The translations under genes were made by a program, and so were the position numbers. Positions 47,220 to 61,508 of a stretch of DNA of 64,000 bases are shown here, piece by piece (within the stretch, counting starts at the first letter, position 1; every line of letters begins with the position of its first letter). Below the pieces are notes generated by a model that was not told the DNA's origin, searched no databases, and saw only the letters and a program-made list of their open reading frames with translations. The stretch covers positions 1,536,001-1,600,000 of the forward strand of contig OY970192.1 of NCBI GenBank assembly GCA_963708135.1. Reading direction: 5' to 3'. This DNA is from an uncultured Gemmatimonadales bacterium. GTDB lineage: Bacteria; Gemmatimonadota; Gemmatimonadetes; Longimicrobiales; RSA9.

Positions 47220-48330
47220 TCACGCGACGGCGGCCCCGTGCTGCTTCAGGTACGCCTCTATGAATGGATCGATGCCGCCGTTCATGACCTTCTGCACGTC
47301 CCCGACCTTCAGCTCCGTGCGATGATCCGTCACCTGCGTGTAGGGCTGGAACACGTACGAGCGGATCTGGTTCCCCCAGGCGATGTCCGTCTTGGTGGCC
47401 TCCACCTTCGCGCGTTCCTCCTCGCGCCGGTCCAGCTCCCGCTGGTAGAGGGCCGACCGCAGCATCTTCATGGCCGTGGCCTTGTTCTGGAACTGGCTGC
47501 GCTCGTTCTGGCAGGCCACCACCACGCCGCTGGGCTCGTGGGTGATGCGCACCGCGGAGCTCGTCTTGTTCACGTGCTGCCCGCCCGCGCCCGAGGCGCG
47601 GTACACGTCGACCCGCAGGTCCTTCTCGTCGATGTCGATCTCGATGTCGTCGTCCACCGCCGGATAGACGAACACGCTCGCGAAGGAGGTGTGGCGCCGG
47701 CTCTGCGCATCGAAGGGCGAGATCCGCACCAGCCGGTGCACGCCCCGCTCCGCCTTCAGGTAGCCGTAGGCGTACTCGCCCTGGATCTCCAGCGTCACCC
47801 GCTTGATCCCGGCCTCCTCGCCCGGCAGCAGGTCGAGCACCTCCACGCGGTAGCCGTGCTGCTCCGCCCAGCGGTTGTACATCCGCATGAGCATCTCGGC
47901 CCAGTCCTGGGACTCCGTGCCGCCGGCTCCGGGATGCAGGGTGAGAATGGCGTCGCGGACGTCGTCGGGGCCACGCAGCATCCCCCGCAGCTCGAGCGTG
48001 CGGACCTGCTCCTCTAGGCGCTCGACCTCGCGACTCCACTCGGCCTCGAGCGCCTCGTCCTCCTCAGTCTCGAGCAGCTCACCCAGCTCGTCCAGCTCCG
48101 CCACCTTCTGCTTCACCGTGTCGTACGGCTCGACCCAGCCCTTCAGCTCCTTCACCTCCTGAACCGCCTTCTGCGCCTCGTCCGGAGCGTCCCAGAACGA
48201 CGGCTCGGCCATCCGCCGCGCCAGCGTGGTCAGCCGCTCCCGCTTGCGAGCCACGTCAAAGATAGCCTCCCAGCGCCTCCACGCGCTCCCGCTGGGCCCC
48301 GAGCATTTCCCTGGTCTGCTGCACCGCCAT
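47220..48330 (-). CDS. prfB: Peptide chain release factor 2 with programmed +1 frameshift
   Basis: ATG 48330, 24 codons to CTT TGA C, then the +1 frame with SPF and GGQ motifs. Confidence 0.97.
48255..48271 (-). promoter_or_regulatory. RF2 autoregulatory frameshift site
   Basis: GGGAGG-C-TAT-CTT-TGA-C: internal SD followed by the slippery CTT TGA C. Confidence 0.95.
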
Positions 48331-48407
48331 GCGGGCAACCCTCCGTCTGTACGCGCGAGAGGCCGCCCCTTCCGGACGGCCTCACGAATCGGTTCGAATC
48401 TCTTGAA

Positions 48408-48436
48408 AAGATAGCGGGAAGCGGCCCTCGCTGCAA
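48408..48436 (-). promoter_or_regulatory. Putative sigma70 promoter of the prfB-lysS-...-lpxK run
   Basis: TTGCAG-17 nt-TATCTT. Confidence 0.55.
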
Positions 48437-48473
48437 CCGAGAAAACGGCGCCCGCGCGCCTCCTTCCGGACCC

Positions 48474-49118
48474 TCAGAACACCTTCCGCCCGCCCGCGAG
48501 CAGCTCGTTCAAAGCGTTGCGGAAGAACGGCGTACCCTTCGCCATCTCGAGTCCCACCTGAGCCACGTACTCCTCCCAGCTCTTCACGATCTCCTCCCGG
48601 AACTCGGAGCGCAGGGTTCCGGCCGCCGCGCTCTTCTCCAGCCGCTCCGGGTGGTAGGCGACGATGTCGGACACGAGCGCCCGCGCCAGGCGGGCCGCCC
48701 GCACCTTCGGGTCCTGGTTGGCGAAGGACGCCGCACGGGGGCGCTCCGTCGCGGGAGCGGCCGGCGCCGGAGAAGGCGGCGAGGCACCCGGCGCGGAAGC
48801 CGCTCCGGGGGACGGCGGCGCGGCGTCGCCCTCCGGGCGGGCGGCCGCCGCCGGGGACTCCCGCGAAGCGGTCGGGGGGTTGCCCCAGGCCGGAGCGGAT
48901 ACGGGCGACGGCTCGGGGGCCGACTCCACCGCCGCCGCGGTGTTCGGATGGCTCGCCTGGGCGGGGGACTCCGCCTGCCCCGGCCCGGCGGCGACGCCCT
49001 GGCGCGTGAGGAAGAACACGCCGGAGCAGCGCGCGCAGCGGGCGCGGGCTCCGGCGGCGGGCACGCGCTCGGGGTCGATGCGGAAGACCGCCTGGCAGTG
49101 CGGGCAGCGAATGTTCAT
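48474..49118 (-). CDS. MJ0042-type zinc-ribbon protein with a helical C-terminal domain
   Basis: CPHCQAVF...RCARC, Pro/Ala linker, ARLARALVSDIVAY...EIVKSWEEY. Confidence 0.85.
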   Translation of the reverse strand: MNIRCPHCQAVFRIDPERVPAAGARARCARCSGVFFLTRQGVAAGPGQAESPAQASHPNTAAAVESAPEPSPVSAPAWGNPPTASRESPAAAARPEGDAAPPSPGAASAPGASPPSPAPAAPATERPRAASFANQDPKVRAARLARALVSDIVAYHPERLEKSAAAGTLRSEFREEIVKSWEEYVAQVGLEMAKGTPFFRNALNELLAGGRKVF

Positions 49119-50113
49119 GAGTCCAGGGGCACGTCAACGCGATAGGGGGAATAGCCGCCCGGCTCGCCGTAGACGTCGCGCTCGTCGGAGCGCCGATCGA
49201 CGGCGTAGATCGAGCCGGGGAGCTTCTTGGCGAACAGCTTCATCTCGGTGGCGAGCTCGCTCACCCGTGCGGTGTGGGTGAAGCGGCGTGTCTGGTTGGT
49301 CACGACGCCGATCGAGAGCGTCATGAGCGGCACCCAGAGGATGTTGCCGCGGCGATCCCGGCCGAGGAAGTAGCCGGCGCGCCGGTCTTCCTCGGTGTAC
49401 TGGTAGGGGATCAGCTCGTCGAAGATCTCGATGATCTCCTCGCAGCAGGTGCGCATGGAGTCGATCGGCACGTTGAAGATGAAGTCGTCGCCGCCAATGT
49501 GGCCGATGAAGCCGTCCGGCGCGTGCGCCTTCACCACGTCCCTCAGGATGCGCGAGAGCAGCAGGATCACGCCGTCGCCCTCGTTGTAGCCGTAGCGGTC
49601 GTTGAACTCCTTGAAGTGGTCGAGGTCGGCATAGCAGACGGCGAAGCGCTGGTCCCGCTTCATGCGCTCGCCGATGTCCCGCTCGATCTGGACGGTGCCA
49701 GGCAGCCGGGTGGTGGGGTGCACGCTCACATCGCGGTCGGCGCGGCGGAGGGCCATGCGCAGCCGGAGCAGCCGCTCGCGCGCATCCATCTCGGTGGTGA
49801 GCACCTCATCCGCGCCGGCCTCGAGCCCGGCGAAGAGGGCGTCTTCGCCGGGCGCGGGGCCGAGCAGGACGACCGGGATGATCGCGTTAAAGGTGTCGCT
49901 CTTCAGCATACGGCAGAGCTCGATGGCGGGCGCTTCCTCGGCAGTGTCGACCACGATCCCGGCGGGGTAGCTGCGGTTGACGAGCTCGAGCACATCGGCG
50001 CCGGCCGCGACGGGCACGACCGTGAGCCCCTGCTCATCGGCGAAAGCCGCGATCATGGGGGGCACGTCGCGCCCGCTCGGCGAGTGGTAAATCAGGATCG
50101 ATCGAGAACCCAT
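49115..50113 (-). CDS. Diguanylate cyclase (GGDDF) with a degenerate receiver domain
   Basis: DLDHFKEFNDRYG...GD, HIGGDDF, TLSIG; N-terminal REC-like fold. Confidence 0.9.
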   Translation of the reverse strand: MGSRSILIYHSPSGRDVPPMIAAFADEQGLTVVPVAAGADVLELVNRSYPAGIVVDTAEEAPAIELCRMLKSDTFNAIIPVVLLGPAPGEDALFAGLEAGADEVLTTEMDARERLLRLRMALRRADRDVSVHPTTRLPGTVQIERDIGERMKRDQRFAVCYADLDHFKEFNDRYGYNEGDGVILLLSRILRDVVKAHAPDGFIGHIGGDDFIFNVPIDSMRTCCEEIIEIFDELIPYQYTEEDRRAGYFLGRDRRGNILWVPLMTLSIGVVTNQTRRFTHTARVSELATEMKLFAKKLPGSIYAVDRRSDERDVYGEPGGYSPYRVDVPLDS

Positions 50114-50154
50114 GACATTGGGAGGAAGGATGCATGCAGGGGAGATTGGCAGGA

Positions 50155-50184
50155 AAGCTACCACGGCCCGCGGCCGCTTGTCAA
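50155..50184 (-). promoter_or_regulatory. Putative sigma70 promoter of the GGDEF/Zn-ribbon pair
   Basis: TTGACA-18 nt-TAGCTT; the -35 overlaps the rnr stop codon. Confidence 0.55.
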
Positions 50185-52295
50185 ATGCTTCCCTCGCCGT
50201 CCAGTACGAAGTCGATGCGCCGGTCTTCGAGGTTCACGGACGACACCCGGACGCGCACCCTATCGCCCAGGCGGAAGTGCCGTCCACGCCGCTCACCGAC
50301 GAGCGCGTACCCCTCCTCGCGGAAGGCGTAGTAGTCGTCCTCGAGCGAGCTGACGTGGACGAGTCCATCGACGAAGAAGTCATCCAGCAGCACGAAGAAG
50401 CCGAAGGACTGGACCCCGCTGATGGTGCCGGGGAAATCGTCGCCGAGGTGGCGCTGCATGAACTCCACCTTCTTCAGGTCGACACTGTCGCGCTCGGCGT
50501 CCACGGCCACCCGCTCGCGCTCGCTCGCGATGCGCGCGATCTCCGGGAGCACGCTTTCGCGGAGGTCCTCCGGGATCGGCGTGCGGTCGATCAGGGCGCG
50601 CGCCGAGAGGCGGTGGATGATGAGATCGGGATAGCGCCTTATCGGAGACGTGAAATGCGTGTAGTCGCGCGCGGCCAGCCCGAAGTGGCCGAGGCTCTCG
50701 GCGCTGTAGCGGGCCTGCTTCATGGAGCGGAGCACCACCGTGGAGACGAGGTTCGCCTCGCGGCGCCCCTGGACCTGCTCGATCACGCGCTGGAGGTCCT
50801 TGGGTCGGATGCTGCCGCGCCGGCCGAGTCGGAGCCCGAGGGAGGCGATGAACTCCTGGAGCTGCTCGAGGCGCACCGCCTCGGGGCGCTCGTGCACCCG
50901 GTAGATGAACGGCAGCTTCCGTTGTGTGGCCATGTGCGCGATGGTCTCGTTGGCGAGCAGCATGAAGTCCTCGATCAGCCGGTGCGCCTCGAGCCGGAGC
51001 ACGCGCTGGATGTCGGTCGGCTCGCCTCGCGTGTTCAGGATGACGCGCGCCTCCGGGAGATCGAAGTCGAGGCTGCCGCGTTCCGCCCGCTGCGCCCGCA
51101 GCGTCCGGCTGAGGGCGAGAAGCGAGCGCAGTGCCTCGTCGGCCTCCGCGGAGACGGAGCCGGCGCCGTCCAGCACGGCCTGGGCATCGTCGTAGGAGAG
51201 GCGGTGGCGGCTGCGGATCACGGCTCGCAGGAGGCGCTTCTCGCGGACGCGTCCCTCCGTGTCCAACGTGAGCAGGAGCGAGAGCGTCAGCCGGTCCTCG
51301 TCCGGACGCAGCGAGCACAGGTCCGCCGACAGGGACTCCGGCAGCATCGGGATGACCCGGTCGACCAGGTAGACGCTGGTGCCGCGGCGCAGCGCTTCGG
51401 CATCCAGTGCCCCGCCCTCCTGCACGTAGTGGGAGACGTCCGCGATGTGCACGCCAACCTCGAAGAGGCCGTCCCCGAGCGGGCGGATCGAGAGGGCGTC
51501 GTCGTGGTCTCTCGCATCGGCCGGGTCGATGGTGAAGACGAGGGTGTCGCGCAGGTCCGTGCGTCCCGCGAGGTCCTGCCGCGTGATCCCGCGCTCGGCC
51601 GCGGCCGCGGCCTCCTCGAGTACGTCCGCGGGGAACGCCACGGGAAGCTCGTGGCCGTAGATGACGGCCAGCACGTCAACGCCGGGCGCGCCCATGGCGC
51701 CCAGCACGCGCTCGACCTCACCGGACGGGCCGAGGTGCTCGTTGCCCCAGCCGGTGACGCGGATGACGACCACGTCCCCGTCCGACGCGCCGCCGTGCTG
51801 TCCCGGCGGGATGAAAACGTCGCGCGCGAGCTTGCGGTCCTCCGGAACCACGAAACCGAAGCTGCGCTCCGCGTGGAAGGTCCCCACGAGGGTCTCCCGC
51901 GCGCGTTGCAGCACCTTGATGACGCGGCCCTCGACACGGGCCCCCCGGCGCCGGCGCTCGATGCGGGCGACGACGCGGTCGCCGTCCATGGCGGTACCGA
52001 GCCCCTCGGCGGGGACGAACAGATCGCCCTTTCCGTCTTCGGGGACCACGAAGCCGGCGCCGCTGCGGATCGTCTGCAGGCGGCCCATGAGCAGGTTGAT
52101 CTTCTCCGGCGCGGCATAGCGCTGCCCCTTCACGCGGTAGAGCACGCCCTGGTCCTCGAGGTCGTGGAGGAGGACCTTGAACTCGTCATAGCGGGCGTTC
52201 GGGACGCCCAGCCCGCGGGCGAGCTCCTTGGCCTTCAGCGGCCGGCCGGCCTCGTTTCGGAGGTAGTCAACGACGTCCTGCGGCGGAACGGGCAT
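50181..52295 (-). CDS. rnr: Ribonuclease R
   Basis: HTH and CSD domains, TIDPADARDHDDA, HIADV, LIEDFMLLAN, HFTSPIRRYPD, S1 domain. Confidence 0.96.
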   Translation of the reverse strand: MPVPPQDVVDYLRNEAGRPLKAKELARGLGVPNARYDEFKVLLHDLEDQGVLYRVKGQRYAAPEKINLLMGRLQTIRSGAGFVVPEDGKGDLFVPAEGLGTAMDGDRVVARIERRRRGARVEGRVIKVLQRARETLVGTFHAERSFGFVVPEDRKLARDVFIPPGQHGGASDGDVVVIRVTGWGNEHLGPSGEVERVLGAMGAPGVDVLAVIYGHELPVAFPADVLEEAAAAAERGITRQDLAGRTDLRDTLVFTIDPADARDHDDALSIRPLGDGLFEVGVHIADVSHYVQEGGALDAEALRRGTSVYLVDRVIPMLPESLSADLCSLRPDEDRLTLSLLLTLDTEGRVREKRLLRAVIRSRHRLSYDDAQAVLDGAGSVSAEADEALRSLLALSRTLRAQRAERGSLDFDLPEARVILNTRGEPTDIQRVLRLEAHRLIEDFMLLANETIAHMATQRKLPFIYRVHERPEAVRLEQLQEFIASLGLRLGRRGSIRPKDLQRVIEQVQGRREANLVSTVVLRSMKQARYSAESLGHFGLAARDYTHFTSPIRRYPDLIIHRLSARALIDRTPIPEDLRESVLPEIARIASERERVAVDAERDSVDLKKVEFMQRHLGDDFPGTISGVQSFGFFVLLDDFFVDGLVHVSSLEDDYYAFREEGYALVGERRGRHFRLGDRVRVRVSSVNLEDRRIDFVLDGEGSI

Positions 52296-52297
52296 GG

Positions 52298-53233
52298 TCA
52301 CCTTTCGGGCCACGGAACAAGAACCTCCGCGGTGTATCGGAACCCCGGACCGAGCGGCTCGAAGCCGTGCTCGATGCGAATTCTGGGGGCGGTGGGCTGC
52401 GCGGCGCGGATGCGTGCGGAGATGAAGCCATCCACCGCGCTCAGCACGTGGTTGGCAAGGATCAGACCGAGAACCCGCGAGGCGGCGCGGAAATGGTCGT
52501 CGCCCCGGTGGATCAGCTCGCCGAAGCTGCGTTGCTCGAGGAGGTTGTCCCCCCACGCCCACGCATAGCCGGCGGGGATGGCGTTGGCCTCGTAGTAGGC
52601 GAGAGCCTGCTGGTACTGGATCGAGCCGGGCGGACGCGCCACATCCCCGAAAAAGAGCCGCTTCGCCAGCAGCCACTGCTGGCCGTTGAAGGTGGTCGTG
52701 TCGGTTTCCGGGTCGATCCCGGGCTGCCGCGGGTCCGCGTCGTAGCTGCCGCTGGCCGGCCAGTGCTCGATGGTCTCGTAGTACTCGAAGACCGAATCGT
52801 GGCGCACCCCCACGCTCACCCGACGGGCCACCTTCCACGCCAGGTCTCGGTACTGCCGCTCGAAGCTGCGGCCTGCGCGCCGGTGGCGCCGGTACTCCCA
52901 CCAGCCGAACAGCTCGCCGGCGAGGTACGGCACCCAGCGGTCCTGCGAGAGCAGGTACTGGCCGGCGCCCGGGACGAGCGCCGAGGCCAGGAACGCCGCC
53001 GGGGCGAGCGCGCCCGGGGGGAGCCGGCGCCCGAGCAGGCGTGGCGCGGACAGGGAGTCCGGCGCGGGGAACGCCCGCTCGCCGGGCGCCGCGCGGAGGG
53101 CGGAAAGGCCCGCGGGCGGGGCAGGCTCCGGGATGCGTGGCACGGAACGGCGCACCTGCCCCTGGGCCGAGGCGGCCAGCGCGAGCATGGCGAGCGTGCC
53201 CGCCAGCGGGGCGACGGGGCGCACCGCTCTCAT
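52298..53233 (-). CDS. Exported/membrane hypothetical protein
   Basis: Signal peptide, ASALVPGAGQ motif, hydrophobic NHVLSAVDG segment, beta-like C-terminus. Confidence 0.7.
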   Translation of the reverse strand: MRAVRPVAPLAGTLAMLALAASAQGQVRRSVPRIPEPAPPAGLSALRAAPGERAFPAPDSLSAPRLLGRRLPPGALAPAAFLASALVPGAGQYLLSQDRWVPYLAGELFGWWEYRRHRRAGRSFERQYRDLAWKVARRVSVGVRHDSVFEYYETIEHWPASGSYDADPRQPGIDPETDTTTFNGQQWLLAKRLFFGDVARPPGSIQYQQALAYYEANAIPAGYAWAWGDNLLEQRSFGELIHRGDDHFRAASRVLGLILANHVLSAVDGFISARIRAAQPTAPRIRIEHGFEPLGPGFRYTAEVLVPWPER

Positions 53234-53403
53234 GCCGGCCCCTAGCGAGCCGTATCCGGAGTTGCAATGGGATCCGAGCACGGCCGGGCAGGAGGCGCCG
53301 CGTTGCTCGTCGTCGCCATTGCGCTGCCCTTCCTCCCCTCCGCGCCTTGTGGCTCGCGCGCCTGCGCGCTCTCGGTGCTCACCGCACTGCGGGAAGGGCG
53401 CAC

Positions 53404-54399
53404 CTAGAACTCGATGCCGAAAGAGAGGTGTGGCGGCGCGCCCTGCGGCTCCAGCGGCGTGCTGCTGAACGACTTCGCGACGGCGAGAGTGAAGCGGTCG
53501 TACCTGAATCCGACTCCCATCGCCAGCCCCGGATCGACAGAGCCCGGAGCTCCGTTGTAGCCCATGCGGAGGAAGATCGCGTTGGCGACCGAGAACTCGG
53601 CACCCGCCGAAAGAATGTTCGGCCGCGGCGCCGGCGCCTGCGCCTCGACCTGCGCGCTCAACCGTAGCGCCAGGATGGTGTCGGGGTGCACGAGGTGCAG
53701 GACCTCGTACGCGGCGCCCAGGCGCAGTCGGTGCGGCGGTCCATCCGACTGCTCGTAGTTGACGAACTGGAGTGGCAGCCCCGCGTTGACGAGCGATGCG
53801 CCGAGCTCGAGGCCGGGCACCTGCGGCGGCCGGACCTGGATCCCGACGTCGAAGAGCTGTGTCGCCCCCGTGGGCAGGTCGGAGCACGAGCCGCAGGAGG
53901 TCGCGAAGATGAAGAGCTTGTAGCTGATCCCGGCATCGATCGCGCCGCCGAGCGAGGTGGCGAAGGATGCGTACACGGTGTGGGCCTGCAGGTAGAGCGT
54001 TCCAAGGGAGCCGGCCGGGCCCTGCGTGATCTCCGTCGAGCCCTCGTCGTCCAGCTCGTACGTGAGCCCCAGCGTGCCGATCCCCTTCGGGTGCAGGAGC
54101 AGCGAAAGACCGTTCAGCTGCCCGTCCACCTCGTCGCGGTGGTGGATCGAGAACTGCGCGCGGCTGAGCTCCGCCAGGCCCGCGGGATTCGAGAAGACGG
54201 CCTCCGGTCCACCCAGCGCCACGGTCGAGCGCCCGAGGGCGACGGAGACGGCGCCGATCGGGAGCAGCACCTCGTAGCAGCACTGGCTCGAGGCTACGGG
54301 CTGCTGCGCCCGGACGCGGGCGGCTGCGAGGAGCCCGAGCGCGCCGGCCAGCAGCACCACTCCGGCACGGTACCCATCCGCGGGAGCACGACGGCTCAC
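53404..54399 (-). CDS. PorV/PorQ-like outer-membrane beta-barrel
   Basis: Signal peptide, LPIGA..VALG....A....AVFSNPAGL, LRLG, LRMGY, GVGF, terminal Phe. Confidence 0.75.
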   Translation of the reverse strand: MSRRAPADGYRAGVVLLAGALGLLAAARVRAQQPVASSQCCYEVLLPIGAVSVALGRSTVALGGPEAVFSNPAGLAELSRAQFSIHHRDEVDGQLNGLSLLLHPKGIGTLGLTYELDDEGSTEITQGPAGSLGTLYLQAHTVYASFATSLGGAIDAGISYKLFIFATSCGSCSDLPTGATQLFDVGIQVRPPQVPGLELGASLVNAGLPLQFVNYEQSDGPPHRLRLGAAYEVLHLVHPDTILALRLSAQVEAQAPAPRPNILSAGAEFSVANAIFLRMGYNGAPGSVDPGLAMGVGFRYDRFTLAVAKSFSSTPLEPQGAPPHLSFGIEF

Positions 54400-54409
54400 G
54401 AGAGCTCGC

Positions 54410-54574
54410 TCAGAGCGGCTGGGCTTCGTCGATGAGCATGACCGGAATATCGTCCTTCACCGGATAGCGCAGGCGACACTCGTGACAGACCAGCTCGTTC
54501 TCCTCGCGCCGGTACTCCAGCTCGCCCTTGCACTTCGGGCAGACCAGGATCTCCAGCAGCTCGGCGTCCAGCAT
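54410..54574 (-). CDS. Trm112-like (YcaR/UPF0434) protein
   Basis: [19 protein letters not shown]...LVC..C...[25 protein letters not shown]. Confidence 0.93.
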   Translation of the reverse strand: MLDAELLEILVCPKCKGELEYRREENELVCHECRLRYPVKDDIPVMLIDEAQPL

Positions 54575-54612
54575 GGTGCTCCTCCTCCGCCACCCGCCCG
54601 CGGCGGCGCGGC

Positions 54613-55554
54613 TCAACGATCGTCCCGCGCCGGCCGCTCCGCCGGCACCGGGTAACCCAGGTGACGCAGGGCGCCGCGCTTGCGCCGCCACCCCGCCATC
54701 GTCTTTACCCAGAGATCCAGATAAACCCGCGTCCCGAGAAACGTCTCGATCTTCACCCGCGCGAGCGAGCCGAGCTCCCGGATCCGCGCCCCTCCCTTGC
54801 CCAGCAGGATCCCCTTCTGGCTGTCCCGCTCGACGTAGATCGTCGCCCGGATGTAGACGGGCTCCTCCGCTTCCCGGAACTCCTCCACCCGCACCACGGT
54901 GGAATACGGAACCTCCTGCTCGTACATCTCGAAGATGGTCTCGCGCACGAACTCGGCGACGAAGAAGCGCACCGGCTGCACCGCCACGTCGTCCGGCGGA
55001 TAGAAGAAGGGCGAGGCCGGCAGCCTCGCGGCCAGCGCCTCCTTCAGCGCCTCGAGCCCGGTGCCCTGCGCCGCCGAGACCCGGTGCGGCTCGAGCCCGA
55101 GCGAGGCGCGACTCCAGGCCACCAGCGCCTCCACGGCCGCCCGCTTTGCCCGGTCCACCTTGTTGACCGCCACGGTGAGGGCATCCCGCCGCGACCTCAG
55201 GAGCTCCAGCGCTTCGCCCTCCGGCCGCTGCCCCGGACGCAAGCCGTCCAGCAGCAGAAGCACCTCGTCCGCATCCCGCGCTGCCGCCAGCGCGGTCTCG
55301 AGCATGGACTGTTGCAGGAGGTACTCGGGCTCGAGAAGCCCCGGGGTGTCGACGAAGATGACCTGGACCGCCTCCGTCGTGTAGATCCCGAATACGCGAT
55401 CCCGCGTGGTCTGTGCCCGCGCGGTCACGATGCTCAGCACCTCGCCCGTGAGCGCGTTCAGCAGGGTGGACTTGCCCACGTTGGGCCGGCCCACGAGGGC
55501 GACGTAGCCAGCCTTCGTCTCCACGCCCCCCACGCTTCCGTCCGGGGCCATCAT
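54613..55554 (-). CDS. era: GTPase Era
   Basis: [26 protein letters not shown] domain [11 protein letters not shown]. Confidence 0.97.
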   Translation of the reverse strand: MMAPDGSVGGVETKAGYVALVGRPNVGKSTLLNALTGEVLSIVTARAQTTRDRVFGIYTTEAVQVIFVDTPGLLEPEYLLQQSMLETALAAARDADEVLLLLDGLRPGQRPEGEALELLRSRRDALTVAVNKVDRAKRAAVEALVAWSRASLGLEPHRVSAAQGTGLEALKEALAARLPASPFFYPPDDVAVQPVRFFVAEFVRETIFEMYEQEVPYSTVVRVEEFREAEEPVYIRATIYVERDSQKGILLGKGGARIRELGSLARVKIETFLGTRVYLDLWVKTMAGWRRKRGALRHLGYPVPAERPARDDR

Positions 55555-55733
55555 GCGGCAAATGTAGATGGCTCCGGCGGTTGTGAAAAGGCCCGGCGAC
55601 GGCCTCCCGCCGGGTTCGCGGGCTCCGCCGGAGGCTCCGCACGCGTTCCGGTGCGCCGGACTTCCCGCACCGGCTGGTGGCGAGGCGGGCCGCCAGGGAG
55701 CGGCCGGGCAGGGGCGGTGGGGCCAGGATGCGT

Positions 55734-55774
55734 CAGAGCCCCGGCGCGCCAGTGTTGGGGCGTCCGGGGCTCTG
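55734..55774. terminator. Hairpin downstream of 5S rRNA
   Basis: CAGAGCCCCGG (55734-44) / CCGGGGCTCTG (55764-74), extended imperfectly inward; no U-tract. Confidence 0.5.
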
Positions 55775-55782
55775 GAAGGTGA

Positions 55783-55900
55783 GGCCGGCGACGACGTACT
55801 CTCCCACCCGGTCTCCCGGGCAGTACCATCCGCGCGGCGGGGCTTAACGACCGTGTTCGGGATGGGAACGGGTGTGACCCCCGCGCCATTGCCGCCGACC
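55783..55900 (-). rRNA. rrf: 5S rRNA
   Basis: CCCGTTCCCATCCCGAACACGG, GATGGTACTG, GGGAGAGTA; complementary ends; boundaries approximate. Confidence 0.96.
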
Positions 55901-55977
55901 CGAGGCTTCGGGTCGAGCGGGTCTCGTAGTGCGCCCGGCGTGTGTGCCGAGCTGCAGCGCTCAAGTCCAACAGGAAC

Positions 55978-58977
<3,000 letters not shown>

Positions 58978-59097
58978 TGTTCCTCTCGGCCCCCACCAGC
59001 AGACACCCCCGCAGGAGCACCCGCCAGCTCGGCCAAAAACAACGGCCACACCTCGGCAACACACCTCTCAGCGCTCTACAAGACCCTCTCAACCCAA

Positions 59098-59111
59098 ATT
59101 GTCAAACAGCG
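59098..59111 (-). promoter_or_regulatory. boxA-like antitermination site in the ITS
   Basis: CGCTGTTTGACAAT, near-identical to the leader copy, preceded by a GC hairpin. Confidence 0.6.
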
Positions 59112-59224
59112 TTTGCGCGCGCGGAGCGCGCGAAGCCGAAAAGAAAGATCGAGGCGGGTGATTGGGTGGGCGACCTGTGAGCGGTTTTCGGCGACCCTGT
59201 GAGGGGTGCTTACTCGCCGGCTCC

Positions 59225-60786
<1,562 letters not shown>

Positions 60787-60906
60787 AAGTTCGAACAGCT
60801 CTCAGTCGAACGTCGTCTGTACAACGTTCGGAATTACCTTAGTTCCCCAAAGAAAGCCGGAGAGAAGCCATGCTCCCCGGCGGGGCCACTCAATCACCCG
60901 ACCTCG

Positions 60907-60920
60907 ATTTTCAAACAGCA
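60907..60920 (-). promoter_or_regulatory. boxA-like site in the rrn leader
   Basis: TGCTGTTTGAAAAT. Confidence 0.6.
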
Positions 60921-60957
60921 AAGCAGGGCCGGACCTGGGGTCCGGCGCAAGAGGCGG

Positions 60958-60986
60958 AAGGTAGCCAACAAGTGTTTCCGCGTCAA
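60958..60986 (-). promoter_or_regulatory. rrn sigma70 promoter
   Basis: TTGACG-17 nt-TACCTT followed by the GC-rich discriminator CCGCC. Confidence 0.7.
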
Positions 60987-61029
60987 GGCCCGATCGCGCT
61001 CCATCACGCGCGTCGGGGGGTCCTGTCAG

Positions 61030-61102
<73 letters not shown>

Positions 61103-61122
61103 GTCCAACGGGTCCAGCGAGG

Positions 61123-61197
61123 GGTGAGCGACCGGGATCGAACCGGCGACCTCCAGGGCCACAACCTGGCGCTCTAACCACCTGAGCTACGCCCACC
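61123..61197 (-). tRNA. tRNA-His(GTG)
   Basis: G-1 then GTGGGCGTAGCTCAG...CCAGGTTGTGGCCCTGG...GGTTCGATCCC..CGCTCACC; C73 discriminator. Confidence 0.96.
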
Positions 61198-61232
61198 ACG
61201 AAAAGAGCCCGGCGATGCGATCGACCGGAGAG

Positions 61233-61307
61233 CGCGCCCGATAGGATTCGAACCTATGACCCGCGGCTTAGAAGGCCGCTGCTCTATCCGGGCTGAGCTA
61301 CGGGCGC
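61233..61307 (-). tRNA. tRNA-Arg(TCT)
   Basis: GCGCCCGTAGCTCAG...GCGGCCTTCTAAGCCGC...GGTTCGAATCC..CGGGCGCG. Confidence 0.96.
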
Positions 61308-61370
61308 AAAGGCGATCCTCGGGACCCTCCCCGGGGGATCGGCGTCCCGTCGGCAAGCGTGGGACGCCAG

Positions 61371-61444
61371 TCGGGGCGCTCGGATTTGAACCGAGGACCT
61401 CCTGCTCCCAAAGCAGGCGCGCTACCGGGCTGCGCCACGCCCCG
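61371..61444 (-). tRNA. tRNA-Pro(TGG)
   Basis: CGGGGCGTGGCGCAG...CCTGCTTTGGGAGCAGG...GGTTCAAATCC..CGCCCCGA. Confidence 0.96.
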
Positions 61445-61457
61445 CCGGGAGCAGAGT

Positions 61458-61486
61458 ATAGTAACGGGAGCCCCTCAGGGGGTCAA
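61458..61486 (-). promoter_or_regulatory. sigma70 promoter of the tRNA cluster
   Basis: TTGACC-17 nt-TACTAT, 13 nt before tRNA-Pro. Confidence 0.7.
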
Positions 61487-61508
61487 GGCCTGGAAGGGGG
61501 TGCCGGGC

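Noticed and set aside
47220..48338. prfB pseudogene or the ORF-track N-terminus MPAWRCS
   Set aside because: Explained by the canonical programmed frameshift.
49115..50113. Hypr-type cGAMP synthase
   Set aside because: The specificity position keeps Asp (NEGD), not Ser, consistent with c-di-GMP.
53234..53403. Riboswitch or ncRNA between the porV-like and hypothetical genes
   Set aside because: Only short scattered complementarities (e.g. GCCCTTCC/GGAAGGGC) and no recognisable aptamer motif.
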